Shown piece after piece: positions 35,601 through 43,876 of a stretch of 44,682 nucleotides of DNA. A program made the translations under genes and the position numbers. The DNA is from Candidatus Omnitrophota bacterium. GTDB taxonomy: Bacteria > Ratteibacteria > UBA8468 > MWAK01. The stretch lies in NCBI GenBank assembly GCA_043826355.1, contig JBDRQI010000021.1:1-44682 (forward strand), written 5' to 3'. The notes beneath the pieces were generated by a model. It saw nothing but the letters and a program-made list of their open reading frames with translations, was not told where the DNA came from and searched no databases. Positions within the stretch are counted from its first letter, which is position 1, and each line of letters starts with the position of its first letter.

Positions 35601-35985
35601 CCAGCGCAGCCCCGGCCTTAGGCAGGCTCTCTGCCGCGGAGACGCCGGCCCCCTTCAACGCAGCCAGGATATTATTCTTCTCCTCGGGTGTAGAGTAAGA
35701 ATCCAAACTGACCATCTTCAGGAACCGGATAATCCGCTCCTTCATTTCAATGGCGGCCTTATTGGTAAAGGTTATTGCCAGGATATTGCGCAAGGGGATG
35801 TCCGCCCGCGCTAAAGCTACGACGGATAAGTCCGCCCGCAGGGTTCGGCGAGGTCTGACGACCTGGTCCGCCCCGGAACCCAGCAGGAGCTGGACGTACC
35901 TGGTCGCCAGCGCATAGGTCTTCCCGGAACCGGCGGAAGCCACCACGGTCCTAATCTCCGGAAACCTCATCCCCATCTTTGTCAT
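32644..35985 (-). CDS. addA: AddA/RecB-like UvrD helicase with C-terminal nuclease
   Basis: ASAGSGKT, ILAITFTNKAA, TIDSF, IDEFQDTS, VGDRKQAVYRFRG, NYRS, MTIHKAKGLEF, YVALTRA, RIDRL...DYKS. Confidence 0.88.
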   Translation of the reverse strand: MTKMGMRFPEIRTVVASAGSGKTYALATRYVQLLLGSGADQVVRPRRTLRADLSVVALARADIPLRNILAITFTNKAAIEMKERIIRFLKMVSLDSYSTPEEKNNILAALKGAGVSAAESLPKAGAALDYLIRNYNFFQVQTIDSFINAILSACAFKLNLSANFQVREDLRDYLSYSLDEVLQKASEGNKRARNLLEEFLRQYIRLEENPSWLPRRDIFSIISSLFHQYNIYAGVFRKYPKEITDVFPLQEKITENIKKLYRNLPEGTNGTFKKSLERFCESGGSFFSVKEVPVRFSRDDFPVNKGFSAPLEIVGLWQEIKADLDQLCRLQSSAVFNRYIDIYYLVEKEFRKLSGKDDVIFLEELNSCVQGLIGRKAVSVPEIYYRLATRFNHYLIDEFQDTSQLQWQNLYLLLEEALSRAGSLFCVGDRKQAVYRFRGGDDFLLASLEKGKEFPASPVFSERLNKNYRSHKEIVEFNNGIFAPENVRRFLAESKEAEEVDSPEAVVSVFADSRQEHLPDKDKGYVRVEKVGSSSAMRAPDKQAASLPSGVPAMAGDASETQESEETIKTRVKELAAGLLERFAPGDIAILSRDNARVELITGWLLEAGFPVESEKTLNVRENPLVKELFSFLKFLNSPVDNLSCASFLTGNIFLNASGLGREQMHDFIFSAGGGHASGVKCRRGGYLYTEFRSLFRAVWDDLIEEFFNSVGFYPPYELTVSIIRKFDILRNFPGCQGFFMRFLEIIREQEEEQSSLAEFLEYFQAAPTEKMYVAATPGNAVRVMTIHKAKGLEFPVVVVPFLGIDINVNRRGGWGAGRVRSSSFSVYQARDNKLDLMQLNKDYARFSPEIRERYRQEYSRSLIDELDSVYVALTRAAEELYVFIPDRVGNRKNPAWHFISGTEIMERGEKRLIAKPGKADFETFSPEASKPLAYPAIAPAEYPDWINLLKDEFVDEHQLRNRVEIERGEVLHRVLSGIGNLTGADVDSVIRTAIEDVQSEYLLETKELTELEKKVRRLLDDPRFKPLFFLLEGESVFAEKDVVDSRGNVRRIDRLIVKPNRIDVFDYKSSGEGMPEHRKQLAEYIDIVKEIYPDKEVAGILIYLDGLKMVEV

Positions 35986-36077
35986 CTTTTTATGCAGGTA
36001 AATTCAGTTTACAACTTTTACGGGTACCTTAAAATCAAAGTTGTCAACAAGTTGTACACACAGATTGGCAACTAATA

Positions 36078-36100
36078 GACAGGCGAGACGCCTGTCCTAC
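36078..36100. repeat. Single GTAG-type REP half
   Basis: GACAGGCGAGACGCCTGTCCTAC: a hairpin followed by CTAC. Confidence 0.65.
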
Positions 36101-36169
36101 CCCCCCCCACCCCGTACGCCCCCTTTCCAGAGCTTTGGAAAGGGCACCCGTCCCCGCCAAGGGGGAGGA
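36100..36169 (+). repeat. Composite element family B', intergenic copy
   Basis: CCCCACCCCGTACGCCCCCTTTCCAGAGCTTTGGAAAGGGCACCCGTCCCCGCCAAGGGGGAGGA. Confidence 0.92.
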
Positions 36170-36176
36170 GTTTAAG

Positions 36177-36671
36177 TTATTCCTCTACTTCAAAACCTTT
36201 GGCCAGGAGAAAACCGCGGCTGCGCTCGGCCAGGGGATAAACAGAAACAAGGTCGTAAAAACTCTTGCTGTGGTTCGGTTCCAGGATATGCGCCATCTCG
36301 TGGACAATCACGTAATCCCTCACCCAGGCAGGCATATTGACCAGGCGGTGTGAGATACGGATGGTTTTTCGGCGATAATTGCAGCTGCCGAAACGGCTGT
36401 TCTGGTTGGTCACATACTTGATGGAATTCACCTGAATTCGTCCGTTAAAATAGCGCCGGTTCAATTTCGCGGCTATTCCGGCAAGGTCTTCGCTCCGGCT
36501 GAGTTCGGAAATTTTGTTCTTCCGTTCAAACTTCAACCGAAAGCGCTCCACTATCTCCTGAAGTTTTTCTTCCGGGATAGCAACCGGCGCGTTAACCTTC
36601 ATCACGCCGTTCTTCATTCGGGCGCTGACGGTCCTGCGCCGGCGCTGACTGCGAGTAATCTGGATTTCCAT
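36177..36671 (-). CDS. M48/DUF45 (YgjP-like) metallopeptidase-family protein
   Basis: RS.RRRRTVSA, RFGSC, IRISHRL, DYVIVHEMAH..EPNHS..F. Confidence 0.85.
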   Translation of the reverse strand: MEIQITRSQRRRRTVSARMKNGVMKVNAPVAIPEEKLQEIVERFRLKFERKNKISELSRSEDLAGIAAKLNRRYFNGRIQVNSIKYVTNQNSRFGSCNYRRKTIRISHRLVNMPAWVRDYVIVHEMAHILEPNHSKSFYDLVSVYPLAERSRGFLLAKGFEVEE

Positions 36672-36705
36672 CCCCCCGCCTCGCCTCCCCCGCCAGGGGG
36701 GAGGA
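36672..36705. repeat. Family-B palindromic element abutting the start codon of the DUF45 gene
   Basis: CCCCCCGCCTCGCCTCCCCCGCCAGGGGGGAGGA. Confidence 0.7.
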
Positions 36706-36761
36706 TTCGAAAAGATTAGCCCCTCCCGTCATGGGAGGGTAATTTTTTGTCTTGAGAAATT

Positions 36762-37070
36762 TTAGGCGATTAGTTCAAAGGCGTCGCGGACGTCCATGCC
36801 GACTCTGATGCCCAGCGCTTCGGCCCGGGCGTTGACCTTCATAATCTTCCGGTTTGGGAAACGTTCCAGGGTCCCGATGGGATTATCCGGAGTACTTTCC
36901 GGAATGGCTGCGGCTGCGCCGAACTTTTCAATCGCTTCCAGGTCAAAAACGCCGCAAGCCAGGAATCCTTTCTTACCGGCAACCAAGAGTATGCTGAAAC
37001 CGGCCCACTTAACCTGAACACCCTCCACCAATCCGTTTTTGGTCTGAACAGATTTGGTTATTGTTTCCAT
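36762..37070 (-). CDS. YunC/DUF1805 family protein
   Basis: LLV.GKKGFLACG.FD, A.ALGI.VGM..RDA pattern. Start ATG 37070 or GTG 37076. Confidence 0.8.
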   Translation of the reverse strand: METITKSVQTKNGLVEGVQVKWAGFSILLVAGKKGFLACGVFDLEAIEKFGAAAAIPESTPDNPIGTLERFPNRKIMKVNARAEALGIRVGMDVRDAFELIA

Positions 37071-37083
37071 TTTCACCCCCCCG

Positions 37084-37150
37084 CCCCCCCACCTCGTACG
37101 CCCCCTTCCAGAGCTTTGGAAAGGGCACCCGTCCCCGCCAGGGGGGAGGA
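37084..37150 (+). repeat. Composite element family B', intergenic copy
   Basis: CCCACCTCGTACGCCCCCTTCCAGAGCTTTGGAAAGGGCACCCGTCCCCGCCAGGGGGGAGGA, one T shorter than the addB copy. Confidence 0.92.
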
Positions 37151-37174
37151 ATTAATGTATATTTTTTACGGGAA

Positions 37175-38080
37175 TTACGAGTCCGTTATTACGCAGTTAC
37201 GGCCGGAAAGTTTGCTCTGGTACATCAATTGGTCGGCTCGCTTCAACAACGTTTCCGGCGAATCATCCGGCCGCGCCAGAGTGGCGCCGGTAGAAATGGT
37301 AACGCTTATCTTGTCCTTTCCTGACATTAAACTTGATTCCTCAACCAGAATGCGGTATTTCTGGGCGATGCTAAATAACTCTTCCCCGGTAACATTGACA
37401 ACGATTGCCACAAATTCCTCACCGCCCCACCTTCCGATAAGGTCGAACGACCGGGCGTTATGAACAAGCGTTCCGGCAACCATCTTTAAGACCATATCCC
37501 CTGTTTCGTGTCCGTATGAATCGTTCACTTTCTTGAAATGGTCGATGTCAATGAAAAGCAGACCGAACTTCCAACCGTACCGCTGCAGCTCGTTTAACCT
37601 GGAACTAAGCCCGGTTTCAACGAACCGGCGGTTCCCCATCCCGGTCAAAGGGTCAAGCAGAGCTATTTTGCGAAGTTCTTCCAGCCTCTGCGTTAATCTA
37701 TTTTTGGCCGAGATGTCTCTGAATATCTCCACCGCGCCGACAATCGCTCCCTTGGAATTCCTGAGCGGGACCCCGCGCACAAAAACCGGCACCCGGTGCC
37801 CGTCTTTGTGTTTCAGATAAATCTCGGCCTCCTGATTGGTCCCGTCAAGTATTGTTTTGGCAAGAGGGCAAAGTTCAAGGCAGAGTTCAACCCCCTGGCC
37901 ATCAACGTGGTTCAGGATATTATCCCGGCAAAAACTGCCGACCACTTCTCCGCTCCGGTATCCGGTGATGCGCTCCGCGCCCTTATTCCAATAAGAAATC
38001 ATTCTTTCCCGGTCAACAAAATAGACGCCTTCGGAAAGGTTGTCAAGAACGCTCTTGCAAAAATCTTTATTTACCGGCAT
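37175..38080 (-). CDS. PAS-domain diguanylate cyclase
   Basis: PAS (WNKGAERITGY, HKDGHRVPV), DPLTG..NRR, DIDHFKKVND.YGH..GD, RSFD I-site and RWGGEEF active site. Confidence 0.95.
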   Translation of the reverse strand: MPVNKDFCKSVLDNLSEGVYFVDRERMISYWNKGAERITGYRSGEVVGSFCRDNILNHVDGQGVELCLELCPLAKTILDGTNQEAEIYLKHKDGHRVPVFVRGVPLRNSKGAIVGAVEIFRDISAKNRLTQRLEELRKIALLDPLTGMGNRRFVETGLSSRLNELQRYGWKFGLLFIDIDHFKKVNDSYGHETGDMVLKMVAGTLVHNARSFDLIGRWGGEEFVAIVVNVTGEELFSIAQKYRILVEESSLMSGKDKISVTISTGATLARPDDSPETLLKRADQLMYQSKLSGRNCVITDS

Positions 38081-38111
38081 AAATTATCCTCCGAATTTTC
38101 CAGACAATTAA

Positions 38112-38771
38112 TTATAAATTTCCTTCCGAATCGGGCAGGCCGATGTCAGCGCAAATAACTTCTCCGGTATATGGTTTCGCAGCCGGGTTCTGAAAACCAA
38201 TTTTGGGATAGCCCAGGGTTACAGTCTTCAGTGCTTTTACGGCCGAACCCAGCGGTTTTCCGGTATCTGCATTCAGGCCGCTGGGAACATCGGCGGCGAT
38301 TACCGGAGAGCCAAAACCATTTATCCGGTTTATCAGTTTCAGGTAAAATTCATCCGGAATGCCCCTGATGCCGATCCCAAAAATGGCATCTATCACCAGG
38401 CCGGGAACCGGTAAGTTGTCAAATGCCTTGTCTATGCCTTTTGCGTCGGAAATAACTACCGGCGTATGATTCATGGCAGCCAACGCCTGATAGTTCGCCT
38501 GCGTCTCCGGTGAAAACGGTTTGGGGTTTCCCACTAAAAAAGTTTCCACTTGATAGCCTTTGAGCAGAAGATGCCGGCCGGCCACAAAACCGTCTCCGCC
38601 GTTATTGCCGTAACCGCAAAAGACAAAAAATTTACCTTTTCGGACTGTTTTCACCGCTTCGGCGGCGATCGCCTTTCCGGCGTTCTCCATCAGGAAGGAA
38701 GCCGGGATTCCACCCTCTTTTATGGCGCGGCTATCCAGCTCTTTCATCTCTTTTACGGTTACGTATCGCAT
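38112..38771 (-). CDS. nnrE: NAD(P)H-hydrate epimerase (stand-alone YjeF N domain)
   Basis: LMENAG, CGYGNNGGDG, IDAIFGIG, DVPSG, ADIG. Confidence 0.92.
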   Translation of the reverse strand: MRYVTVKEMKELDSRAIKEGGIPASFLMENAGKAIAAEAVKTVRKGKFFVFCGYGNNGGDGFVAGRHLLLKGYQVETFLVGNPKPFSPETQANYQALAAMNHTPVVISDAKGIDKAFDNLPVPGLVIDAIFGIGIRGIPDEFYLKLINRINGFGSPVIAADVPSGLNADTGKPLGSAVKALKTVTLGYPKIGFQNPAAKPYTGEVICADIGLPDSEGNL

Positions 38772-38787
38772 TGTCGTTTACGAAAAA

Positions 38788-38810
38788 CCGCAGGTGAAAA
38801 CCTGCGGCTA
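38788..38810. repeat. Family-A REP half
   Basis: CCGCAGGTGAAAACCTGCGGCTA resembles the right arm of the 3814 element. Confidence 0.6.
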
Positions 38811-38812
38811 TC

Positions 38813-39946
38813 TTACAGGCGCGCCACCAGAAAACAGGTTAAGAGAGCAACGGCTCCGGCCGTAAAAAACGGCGCTCCAATGTTGAAATTATAGAGATAA
38901 CCGGACAGGAAATAACCAGGCACCACCCCCAGGGAACTATAAGCAAAAGACTTGCTCACGTGCAGGCCGCGGATGTCCTCTCCGGTATGTTTCTGAATCA
39001 GGTAATTGTGGATAGGGACATAGACGCCGGCGCCCAGCAAATCATGTGTAATCCAAACCGGTATCGCGATTGACGCTCTGGAAATAAAAGGGGTCAGTAT
39101 CAGCGAAACACCGCTGAAAATTAAGGCGACAAGATAAAATGATTTCGGGTTTTTACTCCGCAGACGACCGGCAAACAGCATTGGCAACCCAAGAGACAGG
39201 CGATGGACAACCATTAACGAAGCGATAACGGCCAGCGACATGCCAAACCGGTCCCGAAAGTAAATAGGCATGGTGGGACCGTGGGAAAGCCCGGTATTAA
39301 CGTTTAAGATAAAATAGATGATGGTCAGGTAACGCAGTTTTCCGGTAAGGTCAAAAGAAAAGATTTCCCGGGCGTTCCGCCTCCCTGCGGCTTCTTTTGT
39401 TGGCGCGGCCTGGAAAAAAGTCCAGAAGAGCGCGGTTGCCAGAAAAAGGATTATCCCGGAGGTAAAAAAGACCGACGAAAGTGAAAAACGAATTACGATT
39501 ATTCCGGCCAGAAAGATGCCGGCTGCCTGAAAAATCCACTCGGACCCCCGATTCTTTCCGTAGGTATTTAAAAACTCTTTTTCGGCGCCTTCGTATAGAA
39601 TAATAGATTGCATCGTTTCCTTGACGCCGAAGGCGCCTTCGCGCAAACTCTTCAGAAACATCTGGGCGCCGACGGTATTGAAGAACGGCGTGCAGAAATT
39701 GCCCAGCCCGGACAGAAAAAGCGCGGCGGAAAAAAAGGGCCGGCGGCCAAAAATGTCGGAAAGGTACCCGGCATACTGGCGCATCAGAAAGGCGAAGAGG
39801 AACGACACCGCAAAAATGTCGCCCATCCTGGGGAAACTTATCTTTTGGCTCTGGAGGTAAAAAGGAATGGATATCTCGTAAATACCGAAGGTTAAACCGA
39901 AAAGACTTACGGCTACGAAAAAAACAAAAATGTTTCGCCGGCGCAT
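38813..39946 (-). CDS. Major facilitator superfamily transporter
   Basis: Multiple hydrophobic segments and MFS motif A (GYLSDIFGRR). Confidence 0.88.
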   Translation of the reverse strand: MRRRNIFVFFVAVSLFGLTFGIYEISIPFYLQSQKISFPRMGDIFAVSFLFAFLMRQYAGYLSDIFGRRPFFSAALFLSGLGNFCTPFFNTVGAQMFLKSLREGAFGVKETMQSIILYEGAEKEFLNTYGKNRGSEWIFQAAGIFLAGIIVIRFSLSSVFFTSGIILFLATALFWTFFQAAPTKEAAGRRNAREIFSFDLTGKLRYLTIIYFILNVNTGLSHGPTMPIYFRDRFGMSLAVIASLMVVHRLSLGLPMLFAGRLRSKNPKSFYLVALIFSGVSLILTPFISRASIAIPVWITHDLLGAGVYVPIHNYLIQKHTGEDIRGLHVSKSFAYSSLGVVPGYFLSGYLYNFNIGAPFFTAGAVALLTCFLVARL

Positions 39947-39970
39947 ATTGTTTATATCAATTTGTGTAGT

Positions 39971-39997
39971 TTGGATTCCCGCTTAATACGCGCGGGA
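39971..39997. repeat. Family-D half element
   Basis: TTGGATTCCCGCTTAATACGCGCGGGA. Confidence 0.6.
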
Positions 39998-40012
39998 CAA
40001 GCACTGCAAAAA

Positions 40013-40675
40013 TCAGGCAAAGAGGGCAGCCAGAATACCTACCAGGAAGATACCGTCAAATACTCCGGCGCCGCCAATACTCATCAGCCCGCTGTAAAGC
40101 GGAAGATTCGACAAATGAAGAAGGTCGGCGCCGATTAACACACCTAATACCCCGGAAATATAGGCCACCGGCGCCCGCTTTCGGGGTGAAAAGATAAAGG
40201 CACAAAAGATGGCCACTGCAGGCGGAATAAGCGTGGGAATCGTAATCCCGATTCCAGGCACCGGCTTGGCTAGAAAGTAACAGGTCAGGATTGAAATCAT
40301 CGTGCTGATAATTGTGGGGAAAAAGGGGGCCTTCGGCAAAAGCAGGAGGCAGATTAAAACGGGAATTATCGCTCCGCCGACATTAACAGCCAGGGTCATA
40401 TGCTCGGAAGGCGGCGGCTGGTAAAGAAACGGACGGAAGATGTCAAATCCTGGCGAAAGAACAAACGGCTTTGCCGGAATTGAACTTTCAGCGATTGGAA
40501 TATTGATGAGTGAACCGACCAGCGAAGCCAAAAAGAGGAAAAACGCAACGGGCGCCGGTATCCCCAGCCGGCCGAAAGCCGCCGAAACCACCCGAATCGG
40601 AAGCAAAACAAGAAAAACCGGTATCAGGATAAGAATAAAGATGATCAGAAATAATGAAATCGGCAAGAAAAACAT
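40013..40675 (-). CDS. DUF1614 family membrane protein
   Basis: GSLINIP, AVNVGGAIIP, A.PVPGIGI, GVLIGADL, SIGGAGVFDGIFL. Start ATG 40675 after GGAGG. Confidence 0.88.
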   Translation of the reverse strand: MFFLPISLFLIIFILILIPVFLVLLPIRVVSAAFGRLGIPAPVAFFLFLASLVGSLINIPIAESSIPAKPFVLSPGFDIFRPFLYQPPPSEHMTLAVNVGGAIIPVLICLLLLPKAPFFPTIISTMISILTCYFLAKPVPGIGITIPTLIPPAVAIFCAFIFSPRKRAPVAYISGVLGVLIGADLLHLSNLPLYSGLMSIGGAGVFDGIFLVGILAALFA

Positions 40676-40741
40676 AGCGGCAATTGCCTCCAAATAGACA
40701 ATTTATTGTTTAACAACCCCAATATATGTTATCATTAAAAG

Positions 40742-41272
40742 GTGAAAAAAGAAAGAGAAATTGTTACCGGACAGGAGGTTGAAAAAATTATCATCCGGCT
40801 GGCAGGCGAGATCCGGGCAAAGATAGATCTTGCGAACCTGGCGCTGGTCGGAATCAGGCGCCGGGGGGTGGAGTTGGCAGTACGTCTTCAGGATATCCTG
40901 CAGAAAAAATCGGCCGGAATACCCCTGGGAATTCTGGACATCACCCTCTACCGCGATGATTTGAGCGCGGTGGCCAAACAACCGGTGGTGCGCGAAACCA
41001 AGATTCAGTTTGCCCTGGATGGAAAGGACATTCTTCTGGTAGACGACGTGCTTTTTACCGGCCGGACCATCCGGGCGGCGCTCTCGGAGCTGGTTGATTT
41101 CGGAAGACCGCGGTCGATAAAACTGCTGACCCTGGTTGACCGGGATCACCGTGAATTACCGATTCAGCCCGATTTTACCGGGAAATTTATCCAAACCGAA
41201 AACGATCAATCCATTGAAGTACACCTGAAAGAATTGGACGGCGCCGACAAAATCATGTTAGTTGAACTATGA
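40742..41272 (+). CDS. pyrR: Pyrimidine operon regulator / uracil phosphoribosyltransferase
   Basis: [43 protein letters not shown]. Confidence 0.95.
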   Translation: MKKEREIVTGQEVEKIIIRLAGEIRAKIDLANLALVGIRRRGVELAVRLQDILQKKSAGIPLGILDITLYRDDLSAVAKQPVVRETKIQFALDGKDILLVDDVLFTGRTIRAALSELVDFGRPRSIKLLTLVDRDHRELPIQPDFTGKFIQTENDQSIEVHLKELDGADKIMLVEL

Positions 41273-42192
41273 GCGACTGGAAACGAAAAGACTTGCTTGG
41301 CCTGGAGGAACTTTCAGCCGATGAGATTGAATTCATTCTAACCACGGCCGCCTCCTTTAAAGAAGTCTCCACCCGGGAAATAAAGAAGGTCCCGGCCCTG
41401 CGGGGCAAGACCATCGGCAACCTCTTCTTTGAACCCAGCACCCGTACCCGCACCTCCTTTGAGCTAGCTGCCAAGCGGCTCTCCGCGGACATAGTCAACT
41501 TTTCACCTTCCGCCTCAAGCCTGGTAAAAGGCGAAACCGTTCTTGACACCGGGGAAAACCTTGAGGCGATGAAGATGGACTGTTTCATCGTGCGCCATTC
41601 TTGCGCCGGGGTGGTGGAGTTCCTGGCCAAAAGGTTAAAAGCATCTTTCATCAACGCGGGTGACGGCAGCCACGAACACCCGACGCAAGGGCTGTTAGAT
41701 ATCTTTACCATCAGGGAAAAGAAAGACCGGATTAAAGGGTTGAAGGTAACCATTTTAGGCGATATCCGGCACAGCCGGGTAGCCCGTTCAAACATGTGGG
41801 GATTGTTGAAACTCGGCGCCCGGGTTACGCTCTGCGGACCGCCGACCCTTATCCCGCCCGGCATTGAAAGCGCCGGCGCCCGCGTCACATACAACCTGAA
41901 GGAAGCGCTCCAAGACGCCGACGCAGTCAATATTTTACGCATCCAGATGGAACGCCAGAAGGAAAATTACTTTCCTTCCCCGCGGGAATACAGCCGCTGC
42001 TACCAGGTTAATGCGAAAACGCTCCAATGGGCGAAACCGGACGTTTTGATAATGCACCCGGGGCCGATGAACCGGGGACTGGAGATAAGTTCGGAAGCCG
42101 CGGAGTCCAGTAACTCCGTCATCCTGACTCAGGTGGAAAACGGCGTAGCGGTCCGGATGGCGGTGCTTTACCTGCTTTTGGTAGGAAGGTAG
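41269..42192 (+). CDS. pyrB: Aspartate carbamoyltransferase catalytic subunit
   Basis: [45 protein letters not shown]. Confidence 0.96.
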   Translation: MSDWKRKDLLGLEELSADEIEFILTTAASFKEVSTREIKKVPALRGKTIGNLFFEPSTRTRTSFELAAKRLSADIVNFSPSASSLVKGETVLDTGENLEAMKMDCFIVRHSCAGVVEFLAKRLKASFINAGDGSHEHPTQGLLDIFTIREKKDRIKGLKVTILGDIRHSRVARSNMWGLLKLGARVTLCGPPTLIPPGIESAGARVTYNLKEALQDADAVNILRIQMERQKENYFPSPREYSRCYQVNAKTLQWAKPDVLIMHPGPMNRGLEISSEAAESSNSVILTQVENGVAVRMAVLYLLLVGR

Positions 42193-42238
42193 GGGTTCGA
42201 TTCATCGAACCCGCGGGTCGGATGAATCCGACCCCTAC
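42189..42238. repeat. GTAG-ended REP doublet, family F; supplies the pyrB stop codon
   Basis: GTAGGGGTTCGATTCATCGAACCC-GC-GGGTCGGATGAATCCGACCCCTAC. Confidence 0.8.
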
Positions 42239-42288
42239 TTCAAAACCGTTCACTATTCATCATTCACCGCAGTTACAAGGAGGCTAAC

Positions 42289-43845
42289 ATGATTACTGTT
42301 AAACGCGCCATTCTTTCCGTTTCCGATAAGACCGGTATCCTTGACCTGGCAAAGGCGCTGGTGGAATCCGGCGCGGAGATTATCTCCACCGGCGGCACCG
42401 CCAAAGCGCTGCGGGAAGCAAAGATTCCGGTAACCGAAGTTTCTGATGTAACCGCATTTCCGGAAATGCTGGACGGAAGGGTCAAAACCCTGCACCCCAA
42501 AATCTTTGCCGGCATTCTCTTCCGACGGGAAATTCCGGAACACCGCAAGCAGATTGAAAAAGAAGCGGTTAAACCAATTGACCTGGTCTGCGTCAACTTC
42601 TACCCGTTTGAAAAGGTAGTAGCGAAGAAAGAGACCGGCCTGGAAACCGCCATTGAAAACATTGATATCGGAGGTCCCAGCCTCCTGAGGGCCGCCGCCA
42701 AGAACAGTTCGGACGTGGTTGTTCTCTCGGACCCGGACCAGTACCCGGCAATTATCAGCGAACTGAAGACAAAAAAGGGCAGGGTTTCAAAGGAAACCGC
42801 CCGGCAGTTGGGCGCCGCGGTCTTTGCTAAAACTTCAACGTATGACAAGGTTATTTCCCTCTATCTCAACCGGGAAAAAGAGATACCAGTCTTTCCGACC
42901 CGAATATCCCTGCTCCTGGAAAAGATTGCGGATTTGCGGTACGGCGAGAATCCTCACCAGAAAGCCGGTCTCTACCGGGAAAAAAGTTTCCGTTCCGAAA
43001 TAGGACTTTTGGTTGACGCCGAGCAACTCCAGGGCAAGGAACTTTCCTATAACAACTACCTTGACCTGGAAGCCGCGCTCTCCCTGGTCCGGGAATTAGA
43101 CCCGGAAGCAGCGGTAATCGTCAAGCACAACAACCCCTGCGGTGTCGCACTCGGCCCGGATATCCTGACCGCCTTCCAAAAAGCGCGCGCCTGCGACCCG
43201 GTCAGCGCCTTCGGAGGCATCGTGGCGCTCAACCGTCCGATAGCCGAAGATACCGCGGCTGAAATTATCACCGGTTTCGTGGAATGCGTAATCGCTTCGG
43301 AATACAGTGAAGCGGCGCTCAGCATCTTCAAAAAAAAGCCGGATATCCGGGTGCTGCGGCTGAGTTGGCCCAAAAAAGAGGGAGGAAAATTTGATTTTCG
43401 GAAGGTCGGCGGCGGTTTTCTGGTCCAGGACGTTGATGCCACCCTTTTTTCGGAACTGAAGGTGGTCAGTGTCAAGTCCCCGAACGCGGCTCAACTGGAA
43501 GAGATGAAGTTTGCTTACCTGGTGGCCAAATACACCAAGAGTAACGCCATCATCCTGGTAAAAGGCGGCCAGACCATCGGAATCGGCGCCGGCCAGATGT
43601 CCCGGGTTGATTCGGCCAAAATCGCGGTCTCAAAGGCGAAAGATTTCGGGTTTGACGTCGCCGGAGCCGCGGTGGCTTCCGACGCTTTTTTCCCGTTTTC
43701 GGACGCCCTGGAAGTAGTGGCTAAAGAAGGCGCGGCTTCCATCATCCATCCGGGCGGTTCCAAAAAAGACGCTGATGTCCTGGCCACTGCGGAAAAGTAC
43801 GGAATGATAATGGTTATGGCCGGCCAGCGCCATTTCAGGCATTAG
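42289..43845 (+). CDS. purH: Bifunctional AICAR formyltransferase/IMP cyclohydrolase
   Basis: SVSDKTG, STGGT, DGRVKTLHP, ENIDIGGP, LRYGENPHQ, KHNNPCG, ASDAFFPF, RHFRH. Confidence 0.97.
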   Translation: MITVKRAILSVSDKTGILDLAKALVESGAEIISTGGTAKALREAKIPVTEVSDVTAFPEMLDGRVKTLHPKIFAGILFRREIPEHRKQIEKEAVKPIDLVCVNFYPFEKVVAKKETGLETAIENIDIGGPSLLRAAAKNSSDVVVLSDPDQYPAIISELKTKKGRVSKETARQLGAAVFAKTSTYDKVISLYLNREKEIPVFPTRISLLLEKIADLRYGENPHQKAGLYREKSFRSEIGLLVDAEQLQGKELSYNNYLDLEAALSLVRELDPEAAVIVKHNNPCGVALGPDILTAFQKARACDPVSAFGGIVALNRPIAEDTAAEIITGFVECVIASEYSEAALSIFKKKPDIRVLRLSWPKKEGGKFDFRKVGGGFLVQDVDATLFSELKVVSVKSPNAAQLEEMKFAYLVAKYTKSNAIILVKGGQTIGIGAGQMSRVDSAKIAVSKAKDFGFDVAGAAVASDAFFPFSDALEVVAKEGAASIIHPGGSKKDADVLATAEKYGMIMVMAGQRHFRH

Positions 43846-43876
43846 ACATTTGTTTACCCGGTAAATCCAATCTATT

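Noticed and set aside
32184..37150. Repeated ~60-bp sequence considered as a CRISPR array
   Set aside because: Copies are dispersed, in mixed orientation, without regular spacers or cas genes.
36135..37463. Two ORFs both starting MERAPVPA(K/R)GEE (36135, 37116)
   Set aside because: They begin inside the B' repeat copies and run antisense to real genes. The shared N-terminus reflects the repeat, not paralogous genes.
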